Shown: positions 1 to 12,645, numbered from the stretch's first letter. The stretch is 64,000 nt of DNA from Eledone cirrhosa (GCA_964016885.1 OZ024757.1:6076001-6140000), one strand, 5' to 3'. A program made the numbers and translations. The notes: generated by a model not told the origin, from the sequence alone.

Positions 1-154
1 TCTTGCATACTTGCCTTGTCTAATATGCCTACTTATATCTGCTTATTTCCCCCGAATCTCCTGTCATGATATATGTCATGATGGCTACCTATCTCACAAT
101 TTCCCACTCACCACCATAGGCTATTTGACCAATCAAACCTCAGCAACATGTCCT

Positions 155-500
155 TACCCATTACTACCCCAACAAACTCTGCCATTACTACTACTGTCCT
201 TCCCCTTACCAGCCACAACAAACTCTGCCATTACTACTATTGTCCTTCTAGCCCTTACCAGCCCCAACTAACTGCCATTACTACTACTGACCTTCTAGCC
301 CTTACCAGCTCCAACAAACTCTGCCATTACTGCTACTGTCCTTCTGGCCCTTACAAGCTCCAACAAACTCTGCCATTACTACTACTGTCCTTCTAACCCT
401 TACTAGCCCCAACAAACTCTGCCATTACTACTACTGTCCTTCTAGCCCTTACAAGCCCCAACAAACTCTGCCATTACTACTACTGTCCTTCTAGCCCTGC
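155..500. repeat. 49-bp minisatellite, about 7 copies
   Basis: Unit CCATTACTACTACTGTCCTTCTAGCCCTTACCAGCCCCAACAAACTCTG. Confidence 0.95.
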
Positions 501-689
501 ACCAAAGAATACTTGATTACAGTTATGTATGGAGGAGCGAAGGATAAATGGAACAACACCGAATAAATGAATATGAATCTGCTAGTTACCAAGCTCCCAT
601 TATGAAGCTTTAATTCAGAGACAGGAAGCATACACACTCCCCTGCAAAAATTCACCCTCTCCCACAAATGATGGCAAATGTCCCAAACT

Positions 690-2422
690 CTGAGTTTGAA
701 CCATCGACATAAGCACAATGAAAGGAAGGGAAGGAGAAATTATAGACATGCTAGAGTGAAAGGATATTGACGTATGCTGTGTGCAAGAGACTAGATGGAG
801 AGGAGAGTCCGCTAGAGTCCTTGTAGGCAAAAGTCAGTGCTGTAAATTTTTCTGGGTGGGAAATGACAATGGGATGGGTGGTGTAGGTATACTATTAACT
901 GAGAAATGGGTAGATAACGTATTGTTAACCAGGTAATACTAGAGGGTGTCATACCAAAGGATAGGTGCAGCAGCATCATTGTCAACTGCTACAAGGGTAA
1001 AGTAGATGCACTAGATAGAATAAACTATAGAGGTATAAAGCTGATGGACCAGGTCATGAAAGTAATGGAACGAGTCACAGCACATTTGATCAAGGACTGG
1101 GTAAAACTAGGTGAGATGCAGTTTCAGTTGTTGCAGGAAAAAGCACCACTGATGCCCTCTTCCTTGTGAGGCAGTTACAGGTAAAGTACCTAGCTAAAAG
1201 TAAGCTGCTCTCCCTGGCTTTTGTCGATATGGAAAGAGCCATCCACAGAGTGCCCCGTGCTATAATCTGGTGGGCTTTTAGAAAACTAGGAGTAGATTAG
1301 TGGCTTGTGAAAGCTGTACAAGCCATGTATAGGGGACATGTCAGTAAAGTTAGACTTAACAATTACTATAGCGAGGAATTTAGCATACAGGTCGGTGTCC
1401 ACCAGGGCTCTGTTCTTAGCCTTCTCCTGTTTATAATAGTATTGCATGCTATAACAGAGGAGTTTAAGACCTGATGCCCATAGGAACTCCTATATGCGGA
1501 TGATCTTACACTTATAGCTGAATCTATGGCAGAACTAAAGAAACAAGCACCACCAAATTCTCTGGGAGAGCTCTGTAAAAACAATAGACAGCTTTTGCTA
1601 CCTAGGTGACCGAATAAGCAGGAGGTGAGTGTTCTGAAAGTACAGTAACCAGGGTAATAACGGGATTGAAGAAGTTCAGGGAGCTACTGCCACTGCTAGC
1701 TGCAAAAGGCTTTTCCATCAAAATGAAAGGCAGTCTGTATGATGCGTGCATACAAACAGCAATGTTACATGGTAGTGAGACCTGGGCGCTGTCTGTAGAA
1801 GACTTGCGTAGATTAGAAAGAAACGAAGCTTGCATGCTCCGATGGATGTGTAATAGTAATATACACGAACGGCAAAGCATTAACAAATTGAGAGAGAGAC
1901 AGAGCATCAGAGGAATCAAATGCTGTGTGCAGGAGAGGAGGTTGTGTTGGTATGGACATGTGATGTGTATGAAGGATGAAAGCTACATAAACAGATGCAG
2001 AGCACTAGAAGTCAATGGAAGCCATGGAGTGGGGAGACCCAAGAATACCTGGGATGAGGTGATGAAAGCTGACCTTACCCAATTGCACCACCCGAAGGCG
2101 ATGACACTGGACCGTGACCTCTGGCTTCACACAGTAATATAGAAGACCAGACTTCCCATGGGTACAATCGAAGCTGAAGCATATAGACAATATGCCCCCA
2201 CCCCCTCCCACTGCAAAGTGGCCATGGAGGTGTCACAACAAAAAAGCCCCCATCACTCACTGTGAGTTTGGTGTTAGGAAGGGCATCCAGCTGTAGAAAT
2301 CAAGCCAAAATCGGTTCCCATCTGAGCAAGACAAGGTCACCTCACCTGGCACTGCCCAAAACAGGACAACCTGTCTAACCCATACTACCGTGGAAGAAGG
2401 GACGTAAAACAGAGATGATGAT
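690..2422 (+). mobile_element. Degraded, internally deleted RTE-clade LINE (APE start, RT fragments, C-terminus, 3' tail)
   Basis: Remnants of CVQETRW, NYRGIKL, HQGSVLS and LLYADDL; ORF 1666-2142 ([17 protein letters not shown]...GRPKNTW); tail ending in (GAT)n. Confidence 0.9.
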
Positions 2423-2449
2423 ATACATATATATATACACTATCTATGA

Positions 2450-2637
2450 TGTCCAAGGGAAAGGCTATGGCCGATACAGCTTGGCACCTGTGACATCACA
2501 GCTCATTTCTACAGCTGAATAAACTGGAGCAACGTGAAATAAAGTGTCTTGCTCAAGGACACAACACATCACACGGTCCGCGAATCGAACTCAGCACCTT
2601 TTAATTGTAAGCCCAATGCTTTAACCACTAAGCCATA
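2450..2637 (-). mobile_element. tRNA-derived SINE, family 1
   Basis: Minus strand has A box TGGCTTAGTGGTTA, B box GAGTTCGATTC and body CCTTGAGCAAGACACTTTATTTCAC; multiple copies in the window. Confidence 0.85.
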
Positions 2638-2639
2638 AT

Positions 2640-3208
2640 ACGTTCCAGAACCAACCGTGATATAGAGAGACCATAAAGACAACCGTTGTTTTCATAGTTT
2701 AAGCCTTAAAATACCTCTCATACATGCTTTAAGTACATATAAACTCATTAAAACACACTTTTGAATTTAAACACCAAAAACAGCCAGTAACGATCGTATA
2801 GAAACTACCACCAACTATCATACCACTAGTTACCAATGAGGACTATTGCCAGCCACAGTAGCCACTTGGTAATACACTGCACATCTCCTGTCAATCTATG
2901 AAGGGTTTGTAGTAGATTAGAGCAAAACACAATCAGTAAAACAGTAATGGAATGAAAAATATAAACATTTGTTCATAATTAACGCCTTAAGATGTCCCTT
3001 CCTTACGATATACACTTTAATAACATTGAAACTTATTTAATAAGTTTAAAATTTAAACACTTTTTATTCAGACGTACCGCGATAAGAAACTAGATATGTT
3101 CTAACGAATAATCCGCGATGTGGCGAGGATTACCGCGATAGGAAATTAGATACGTTCCAAAGAAATATCCGCGATGTAACGGAACCGCGATATAGCGGGG
3201 GATTACTG
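2640..3208. mobile_element. Partial pogo/Tigger-like MITE (one terminus)
   Basis: Ends ...CGCGATATAGCGGGGGATTACTG followed by TA; subterminal CCGCGAT repeats; paralogous copies at about 23210-23745 and 42540-43110. Confidence 0.65.
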
Positions 3209-3492
3209 TATATATACACACACAACATACATCGATCTATATACACTCATAACATTTATTTCGATTTTTTACTTTAAAATGTTGACTGAGGGTGACAACT
3301 GTTTCTTGTTTGAGGTTGTTCCAGTGGTTGAAATATAGACAGAGGTATTTTAAATAATAAAGACAGTCATGATAACAATATATTTTATATCACATGTAAC
3401 AGTGGAATCTGGTTAATTACTGGGTCGTTTTAGGGTTCACATAATTATATTATTTACACACATTAATATAGACATTAAGTAAATCTTTGTCA

Positions 3493-4030
3493 ACTTACCT
3501 CCTTCAGATATAATCAATGTGTTGTGTTGTTAGTTGTTACTAAACAACCAAAGAAATAATCTCTTTGTTATCAAATTAGAAGTTTCAATATTATCAGCTT
3601 TATTTCACGACATTAACGTTGGTGTATCTTCTTCATCTTTAGTCATAAATTGATATCTTGTCAGAATGAAGTAGTGAGGCTGACTTTATGTCTTTAGCTA
3701 CAGATTTGATAGGAAATATATATATATATTAGGTTGATATGTGGTCTAAAATATATATATTGTCTATAAATGACTGATAGCAGATGTTCTGGTGAAATAG
3801 TAGTTTTACTACTACAGATTGTAATGGAACTCTTAGTAGATACAATTGTAAAGTAAGAATAGATATGACAGTGTAAAACTGATGGCGGGGAGAGAAAATT
3901 GTGTGTATATATATATAATTGTTACACAAGATATAATTAGATTAATTAAAGTTATAATGAAGACAGCAGGTACTCAGTGTTGTTGAGAAACTTTCAACTC
4001 TCGTACCGGTGTCATACGTTAAATGTCCCT
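3493..4030 (-). promoter_or_regulatory. Putative non-coding leader exon/promoter cassette with 5' splice donor (copy 1)
   Basis: Minus-strand GAAGGAG|GTAAGT with the intron starting at 3498; cassette conserved in six copies. Confidence 0.55.
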
Positions 4031-4625
4031 GATATAGTTTAACACCTTCAGACACTGTTACAATCGTATTTAACATATTGTAAATCAGAAAGTATCACTC
4101 AGTAAAATATCAATTATATATCAATAAGAAAACCTCTACGTAGTCTAACTAACTGCTAGAAATAGTAGTGATATTATCCATTACAACTGCTCTCTCTCTA
4201 TATATATATACGAGTATATATACACACACATATATGTATGTATATGTGTATATATGGGTATGTATGAGTGTGTCTGTGTTTTGCACGTAGGTATGGTGTG
4301 TATATGTGTACATAGTGTTTTGGTATATGTATGTTTGGTGAACATATTTGTATTTACCTGTAGGTATGTGTGAGTGTGCGTTCTATACGCATTTATGCGT
4401 GTATATTTATATATGTGTATATAATTATATATATATATATACACACACACAAACATATATTTATATATGTATTTGGTGTATATGTCCGTACGTGTGCAGG
4501 TATATGTGTCGCCCCGGTTTACGTCCGTGTGCGCGTGTTTATGTGTACGTGCATATATATGCATGCATGGCGTGAGTTTTCGCATATGCACGTGTATAAA
4601 TGTGTGTATGCATATATTTAATTAT

Positions 4626-5762
4626 TACTAGCAGCAGGACCCGGCGTAGCACGGGGTAGGAAACATGAAATAGCAACACGCATATGCAAAGATTGAGGAA
4701 TGTAGCTGTGTACTTTTTGAATTCATTTATTCTCAGGGAATGATTGTTCATCTACTGGAAACGTAGAACACCAGCAGGCAGAATCCAGTAGTAGCGGTGT
4801 CAGTGGGCTGATTGCGGAAATCTTGTATGCCAAAAGAGTAAGTAAGTGTTGTGGGGCGATGTATGTCGTAAGTCTGTTCACAAATTACGTCACAGTTGGG
4901 GAACACACGTCAGTCTGAAGGAGCGACGTAGTCAATAGTGTGAAAACCAAGTAGGGATGTACAATTAAGTAGGGATATTGAGATGACGAAATCAGCGTGG
5001 CAACGCAGCTGCAGCAGAATGGCGTCATAGTGCAATTAGAACAAACACTGGGCGGCACACAGCAACAAAAGGGGTCACTGTGGAATTAGCACAACCGCTG
5101 TTCAGCGTACTTGCGCAGGACGTTCATACTGCAGTGTAGGTGCAACAAAAGGGGTCTTAGTAGAAGTAGCACAGGCGTGAGTTTTACGGTGTCAATAACA
5201 CGTCAACGTACACAGGGCCCGGATTTGTGCGTGATGAAAGTACGAAGCGTCAACAGGGTGCCGACAAATATTTTAAAGTCCTCCTCATTTCCTTAACCCC
5301 AGGAAAATGATCCTGCTTAAAAGTAAGTAAGTGTTGTGTCCTCTGTTAAATAAACCAAATTTTTTAACGAAATATTATACGTTACTTACGATGTTTAAGT
5401 AGTGTTTATATTGAAAATGAAAAAGGCAAATAATGCCCATTGCTAATTCGTAAATTTCATAGAAACCATTAATGGAATCGGAGATCTTTTTGTGCACAGT
5501 AATGTGAGGGGACTAACAAATGTGTGCTGAAAATTTCGAAGAATTCGGTTGGATTATCTTTAAGTAACGCCTCAAAATAGACTAAAAATGCCTAAAAAAT
5601 GCGTTTTTTCGCCTAATGCGGACCCTAGGGCAGAAAAAGTTGACATTATTTTAGCCTATTGCACTTCAAGCAATATAAGTAACGTATGTGTAAAGTTTGA
5701 AAAGGTCGGTTGGGTACTTCTCGAGTTTTAGGGATTTACACAGACATTCTGTTTTATATATA
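4626..5762 (+). mobile_element. Non-autonomous Helentron/DINE-1-like rolling-circle element
   Basis: Starts TACTAGCAGCAGGACCCGGCGTAGCACGGG (subterminal hairpin) and ends TTCTCGAGTTTTAG...ACAGACATTCTGTTTTATATATA. Homology to the paralogue near 40650 stops at its left edge. Confidence 0.6.
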
Positions 5763-5881
5763 TATGTATATATCTGTATACGTCCAACTCTTGCTAGGGG
5801 GGAAAGTGGACATTTAAAACAACAACCTGCAAAATTTTATATAGACTTTAGTCTATTTCCATGCCAGTATGGATTGAATGT

Positions 5882-5930
5882 GTGTCACTGATGAAAGATT
5901 AACAAATCTTGAAACAACACTGTCTGGCAT
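5882..5930 (+). ncRNA. Minimal type I hammerhead ribozyme
   Basis: Stem I GTGTCA/TGGCAT, core CTGATGA, stem II AAGATT/AATCTT, GAAA, short stem III CA-ACAC-TG, GUC cleavage triplet ending at 5924. Confidence 0.8.
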
Positions 5931-6804
5931 CCTTGAGTGGACTGGCAACTCTGTTATATATTATTAGAGGAAAATAGAGACAAATAAATTGCTTTGTTAC
6001 GAAAAAATAATTTTCTTTGATAGCAAGTCTACTAAAATGAACATGTTTTCATCTGCACCCCTAAAAGGCGTTAGATAGAAATCTGATTTTATTTTATTGC
6101 ATCGCTCCCTCTCTTTTTCTTGCTCTATCTCTCCTCTCTCTCTTTCTTGCTGACTCTCTCTCCCGCTTCTACTCAATGAATTCCTATACAAGGTTCTCTT
6201 ATTCCATTGTTTACTTTCAACTACTCCCAGTATGTGAGTGGGCAGAAGTAAATAAAAGTTTGAGAAACTTGTTGAAACTATAAAACGAATGAAATGGTAA
6301 AAATGCATTACATAATGGAGTTGTGAAACAAAAACTATATTTTAAACGACACTTAAAACATTTTAAACATCAAAATATTAAAACTTCATAAATATATTTA
6401 ATACTCATGAGTATTTCAAATCCACACAATCTAAACATAATGTGTTGATTAGCTACCTCAGCTTATAAACGGGTTTTCGATTTTTGCCCATTTCTCAGGC
6501 ATAAAATAGGAGTTTAGATTATATTTAGATCAGTTGATATTTGAGTATATATGGTAATGTCTCTGTTATGTCTAATTTAGGGAAAAGAGAAAAAATAGAG
6601 AGGATAACAAAATATCAAATTCTATATATGATTATCACATTACTTTAGATTCAGCAACCCTAGGAAAAAGAAAAAGATGTACCATTATATTAATGACTTT
6701 CTGTTTCTATTTCAAATGACATAAACTCATTAAGCTCGGAATTTTTACACACACACACATACATAAAAAAGAAGAAATTAAAAGATGGTTAAAAAAGTTC
6801 CATA

Positions 6805-6874
6805 TACTTTATTATGCGCATTTCGAAAACAACATCATCCTGCGACAAAAATTGTCTTCTCATCAGATAACATA
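6805..6874 (-). ncRNA. Minimal type I hammerhead ribozyme with palindromic stem III
   Basis: Minus strand: TATGTTAT-CTGATGA-GAAGACAA...TTGTTTTC-GAAA-TGCGCA-TA-ATAAAGTA. Confidence 0.8.
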
Positions 6875-7127
6875 AGGTAACATGGTACGAGGCCTAAAAA
6901 CACTTGTCAACAGGAAAGTTCAAGTCTACATATGACAGAAATATAAGAGTAAGAACAAGATAGGAAAATAGAAGGAAAGAAGGAGAAAAAGGAAAAAGAA
7001 AGAGAAGAGAGGAAAAACAAAGGAAAAAGAAAGAAGGAAGAGAGAGAGACTTTTGATCAGGAACGCTGTCAAAATGAAACAAGCTGTAAATAACGGTTAA
7101 ACAGTAAATTGATGAGGTGTATGTGCG

Positions 7128-7210
7128 ATAAAATAAAGGGGTCGATAAAATAAAGTACCAGTAATGCACTGGTTAATTGCTGGCCTTGTGCCAAAACGTA
7201 GAAACAATTA
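7128..7210 (+). mobile_element. SINE family 2 fragment
   Basis: GGGGTCGATAAAATAAAGTACCAGTAATGCACTGG...GGCCTTGTGCC matches the SINE at 61913-62096. Confidence 0.7.
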
Positions 7211-7719
7211 TAGATGGTATTCAAATATTAGAGGTCTAAAATATAGAAACTGGGTATATTATTTTATATTGGGTTTAAATACTAAAAATTGGATTAAGAA
7301 GTGTAAAAATGTATTAATAAAATAAAATTAAATTAAAATAAGTATAAAAAAGATTTTTTATAAAATAACATTAAATTAAAAAATAAAAATAGTCTATCTA
7401 TGTCAAAATTAAAAATTTCTATTAAAAATCTATATATGTGGGGTATTTAATTATTATTTTATATCAACAAGTAAAGGAAATTGCTAGAATGATTTATAAA
7501 GGTAGAAAGACATATGACGTCATCGAATGTTTGAACGAAAATCTAAGGCTATCGAAAAAGGGTGAAAGGCTTAAAATATACTGAGAAACAGAATTAATAC
7601 ATTGTAGAATATATTTAAATATGTGTAAAAAGAATATGTGTAAAAAATTAACCGTTATTCGTGGAATATGTTATAGGACAGTAGCTATATACTTTGTGAA
7701 AGTGTATATATATATATTG

Positions 7720-7771
<52 letters not shown>

Positions 7772-7811
7772 TATATTTATATATCAATCATCTTTTAACA
7801 TATATATATGT

Positions 7812-8491
7812 GCATACGTCAAGACGGGCGGTCAGAAAAGTGAAAGTAAATTTATTTTCATTTTCGAACGTCGTGTTTACATTTTGTGTGTGTGTTTAGA
7901 TCTAAATTAGTGTCGTTTTAACTGATTATATATATATGTATATGTGTGTGTGTGTGTAGTTGACGGTTGAGAGAAGAGTACTCAATACCGAAGTAATCTT
8001 GTAATGAGGCTTGCAGAATGGTGAGTCCGCCATTCTAGACGCTGCTGCCTTGTAGAAGTCCCAAATTGAAGCTCTGACACTCTCGTCCCCATCATTCAGC
8101 AGGGATTTTGCCAGGCAGCCGCATCATCTCCGATGGTTGGGCTTCCTATTTGGAAATTGAAGGTGGGATTTACGTTCATGATGTTGTGGTGCACGAACGG
8201 AACTTTGTAGATCCTGCGGACCTTGATGTGCACACACAGCTCATAGAGAACACATGGAGCCGTGCAAAGAAGAAGCTTCGTCGCCAGCATGTGCAAGTCT
8301 CATTACAAGATTACTTCGGTATTGAGTACTCTTTTCTCAACCGTCAACTACACACACATATACATATATATATATATAATCAGTTAAAACGACACTAATT
8401 TAGATCTAAACACACACAAAATGTAAACCCGACGTTCGAAAATGAAAATAAATTTACTTTCACTATTGAGACCGTCCGTTTGACGTATGCC
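7812..8491 (+). mobile_element. Merlin (IS1016/ISXO2-like) deletion derivative with about 200-bp TIRs
   Basis: 7812-8015 is an inverted repeat of 8292-8491. Internal peptide PGSRIISDGWASY...HERNFVDP...HTQLIENTWSRAK is the C-terminal half of the ISXO2/Merlin DDE domain. Candidate 8-bp TSD ATATATGT/ATACATGT. Confidence 0.9.
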
Positions 8492-8515
8492 ATACATGTG
8501 TATATAAAATATATA

Positions 8516-8590
8516 CAGGGTCTCCCCAAAAATCTATACACACGTCAACTACAGTCTATGTAAGTGTGTATACATTTTTGGGGGACACTG
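8516..8590. mobile_element. About 75-bp Tc1/mariner-type MITE
   Basis: TA-CAGGGTCTCCCCAAAAAT...ATTTTTGGGGGACACTG-TA; related copies at 57721-57795 and 58680-58748. Confidence 0.8.
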
Positions 8591-9073
8591 TAATATACAA
8601 ATCATGTAAGGTGACTCCTACATGTTTATAAATAAATATACATGTATTCTATTAACAATTTTGTGTAGATTCTGTTCTGTGTCCCAGGTTCATGTAGCTG
8701 TTGGGCATAAGTTCCATATCACCAAAAACTGCCTTTAAACACATGTCAGATGGATATGAAATATCTCTGGACATTGACTTCGCTTCTAACCCACATAAAC
8801 CTTTTAATTATATATATATATATAATTATATATTCGTGTGCAGATCTTGTTGCATACACACACATATTATACATAGGAACACAGAAACAGAAATACAAAA
8901 ACAAAACATAAACAAACATTTATCTCGTTAACTTACGCAGTATATTTAGTTGTTTCATGCACAGACTCTTCTGTACACACAACATTTAGGAAAACGGAAA
9001 CAAAATACACAAAAAAAAACAAACATAAAACAGACATTTTATTTCTATCGTAATCAAGTGCGCTAAACCTATA

Positions 9074-9669
9074 TTGTTTACATTCTGTGTTTTTCTACGG
9101 ATGGGTAGAAATAACAAAATTGCCATGGTGATATCCATGGATGAAGTATGCGACAAAACTGGTCGATGTTCCAAAATAGAACATTGCCCAGAAAACCACA
9201 TCTGCCATATCTGTTCGGAACCCGAAAACTCGTTCCGTAATCGCTGGGTCGAATGTGGAACCTGGCACATCTCTGTCTGCCTTCAATGCGCCACAGGCTT
9301 CCGGAGGATCCCAGGCCCCCAAAAGAGACATCATAATGCTACGCTGGATGGAATCTGGGAGATGGTCAAGCTAAAATCTTGGTTCTTTCAGTGCCTGGCC
9401 TGTGTGCCTGCCTCCACTAATGTTATTGAAAAACAACAACAAAAACCGATGACTGTATCTTCCTCCACCATTGTTACTGAACAACGGCAAAAGCCTATGA
9501 CACTGGCTTCTGCTGCTATTCCTGTGGGAGAACATCAGAAACAACAACAACCCATGTCTTCCACTCCCAGTACATCTCGACACCAACAACCGGCGGCTGA
9601 GTCTTCCCCTACCATTCCTGTGGAGGAACATCATCATCACCACCACCACCACCACCACCACCACCACCA

Positions 9670-9736
<67 letters not shown>

Positions 9737-10376
9737 CTGACCAGTACAGATTTTGCAGAATTGCAACTAATGATTTCTGCTTTAAGAAGGGAAGTAACAG
9801 GAATAAAGGCAAGCATTCGGGTAGGACCCCACAATGAGGGGGTCTTATTGGAATGCCTTGCTAAAGAATCTCCCTGTACCTCTTGCCGTATCTGGGCACA
9901 CTGAGAAGACTGCGGAATCTGCTACCCATGAAGTAATTGCCATTGGGGTACCAGAGGACAAGGCTGATCTTCAGGCATTTGCTGCCAGCTCAGCCAAAGA
10001 CCTAGGCTGTGTTCGCCCAAAGGGTGCTCTCCGCCTTGGTCAACCTGGTCCAAAACCCAGACTCATCAGGCTGTCTTTTTCGGACCCCGCTGAGGCAATC
10101 TCATACCATCTGGCCTCTGTTAAAGCTGGGCGTGAAAATCGGATTACCTTCTGAACACGCTCAGGCCTACCACCCCATGTACGTCCAAAGCTACGTGCTG
10201 CAGCTTCCTTGAATCGGAACTCAGCACAACATGAAAGTTTTAGTCTGCGTGATGATGGGCAGATCTGGAGGTTTGTTAAGGCTGGTGAAACGTGGAACAG
10301 AGATACCAGCTGGTCTGAGTGTGCTTTACCCACAATAACTGGCAATGAAAAAACTGCAACAACTCTGGGAAACTAA
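9074..10376 (+). pseudogene. LINE ORF1 (frameshifted) with N-terminal Cys/His PHD-like region, poly-His/poly-Gln tract and predicted coiled coil
   Basis: ORFs 9074-9904 and 9834-10154; CHIC...WVEC...CLQC...FQCLAC; ELQLMISALRREV; RLGQPGPKPRLIRLSF is typical of LINE ORF1. Confidence 0.7.
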
Positions 10377-10432
10377 ACCAGAACAATCTGCCACCCTCTA
10401 CACACCATCATAAACTGCAAGCAGGGTACAAA

Positions 10433-11430
10433 TTGTTGTCCTTAAATGCTCGTAGTTTATGCAACAAGATACATCTGTTTGACTCCTACGTCAGAAGCAT
10501 CGACCCTGACTTCATCACAGTCACGGAAACATGGGCACAGTCGTTACACTGTGATGGGGTTTTCAGCATTACTGGGTACAACCTTTTCCGCAAGGACCGC
10601 ATTAATCGCCGTGGTGGTGGTGTGATGGTCTACGTTCGTTCAATCTTTTTGGTAATTCCTTGTGTTGATTTGAACGAATCACAAGAAGTTTTTTTTTGTG
10701 ACATACGTATGACCATGTCAACACTTCTGCTTGGTGTTGTTTATCGCCCCCCAAACTACCATCAGGACACACAGCTTTGCGATATCCTCAGAGTTGCTGT
10801 CAAGAAAACAGCCACTTATGTGTTTATTGCAGGTGACTTCAATCATCCTGAGATCGATTGGGAAACCTTTCGTTGGCCACAAAGTGCAAACGATTTCCTT
10901 GAACTAGTGCTGGACTCAAACTGGTCACAAGTAGTCACTTCTCCAACAAGAGGTGACAACACCTTGGACCTGATCTTCATCACTACTCCTGAAGTGGTTA
11001 TGAGTTGTTCTACTGAGGAACCTCTAAGCGACTCTGATCATGCTATGATCATTGCCAATCTTGCTCTTGCGGGCAGCAACAAAAACCAGAACCATCTCCA
11101 ATCTGTTTGCTTTGATTGGAAGAAAGCAGATTGGAACTTGTACTGCACTGAGCTACAGCGCCCAAACTGGCATGAGATGTATAACTCTGGAGATGTGAAC
11201 ACTATACTCCAGAGCATCCTGGACTCAATATGGATAGCGTGTGCAGCATCGGTGCCACGTAAGCAGAAAAAAAACCACCCCAAAAGTGCAATTTGGGAAA
11301 CTTCAGCTGTCCGACTTGCCAGGAAAGAACGTTGGGACGCTGAACGGGAATATAAACTGCATAAATCAGATGAAAACAGAAAAAAGCGGAATAAATCTTC
11401 TAACCATCTTAACCAAGTGACAAAGAAGGC
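10433..11430 (+). pseudogene. LINE ORF2 apurinic-like endonuclease domain
   Basis: LNARSL, VTETW, RKDR..RRGGGV, VYRPP, GDFN, PTRGDNTLDL and SDH motifs. Confidence 0.92.
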
Positions 11431-11436
11431 AGTGCC

Positions 11437-12645
11437 ATGTCACCTGTCGACTATCGGCCCTCACAGTTTGGATTTATCCCTAACTCCAGCTGCTGTGATC
11501 AGCTTATCGAGTTCCTTGAAGACATTACCCGGATCACTGACAGAGGCTCATGGGTTGATGGTGTTTACCTTGACTTCACTAAGGCTTTTAATTCTGTGCC
11601 ACACAAAAGACTTATGGCAAAACTCTCTGCAATGGGTGTGAGGGATGATCTTTTCAACTGGTTGAAATCCTTCATTCTCAGCCGAAAAGAGGTAGTCACG
11701 GTTCTAGGACAGCATTCTTCACCATATGAGATGTCATCTGGTGTACCACGGGGATCTGTTCTTGGTCCCCTTTTGTTTGTGGCATATATTAATGACATAG
11801 ATGCCAACTTAAAGAATGCCACGGTACTGAAATATGCAGATGACATCAAGCTGTACCTTGAAATCAAAAGGACTGATCCTGAAATCTACAACTCTTTCCT
11901 ACAATCAGATCTGGACACAATGCAGCAATGGATCACAGACTGGCAACTGAAGCTGCCTGTGGACAAGTGTACCACCATGCATTTTGGGAGGAAAAATCCA
12001 GCGTCCACATACTCCCTCCACAACACTGATATCAAGAAGTCCTCTTGTGAACGTGACCTGGGCATTACTGTCAGCAGCGATTTGCGTTGGACAAAGCACA
12101 TCTCTAAAATTGTCAAGAAGGCCGAGGGTGTCTTGGCATCACTCAGCAAGACCTTTGTTAGCCGCTCTCCAGCCATCTATTTAAAGCTATATACAGCTAT
12201 GGTACAACCACACTTGGAATTTGCATCATCAGTCTGGAAACCCTATCTTGCTCAGAACATTGACCGCGTGGAAACTGTTGAGAGACGTGCAACCACGCGC
12301 ATACGCTCCATCAGACACCTACCATACTCTGAACGCCTTGCTTCCCTGGGCATGGATTCATTGAAGCCCCGACGTCTGGCAATGGACTTGGTAAATACCC
12401 ACAAAGTTTTTAACCATCTCGCCAATTGCAACTCTGAGCACCTTTTTGATCTCCATGTGTCTAACACACGTGGACATGCCTACAAAATCAGAAAACAGCA
12501 CAGCTCCCATGACTTTCAGAAACATTTTTTCATGCTCAGAGTTGCTGAAGCATGGAACAAACTGCCTGCGTCAGTTGTTAGCTGTCGAGACACTGCATCC
12601 TTTAAAACCCTCATGCTTCCCAAAATTCGCCAAAACTACACCTGA
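11437..12645 (+). pseudogene. LINE ORF2 reverse transcriptase and C-terminus (separate frame after deletion)
   Basis: QFGF, LDFTKAFNSVPH, SGVPRGSVLGPLLF, YADD, RDLG and TRGH..K motifs. Confidence 0.92.

Larger units (their letters stand above)
1..4620 (-). repeat. Segmental duplication copy 1 of the zinc-finger gene intron plus leader-exon/promoter unit; the downstream coding exon would lie left of the window
   Basis: Collinear, near-identical to 19710-24830 (direct) and 40650-45205 (inverted). Same order of 49-bp VNTR, RTE fragment, SINE, pogo-like MITE and leader cassette. Confidence 0.9.

Noticed and set aside
8108-8398. Bacterial IS1595/ISXO2 contamination
   Set aside because: Embedded in host microsatellite-containing TIRs; fits a eukaryotic Merlin element.
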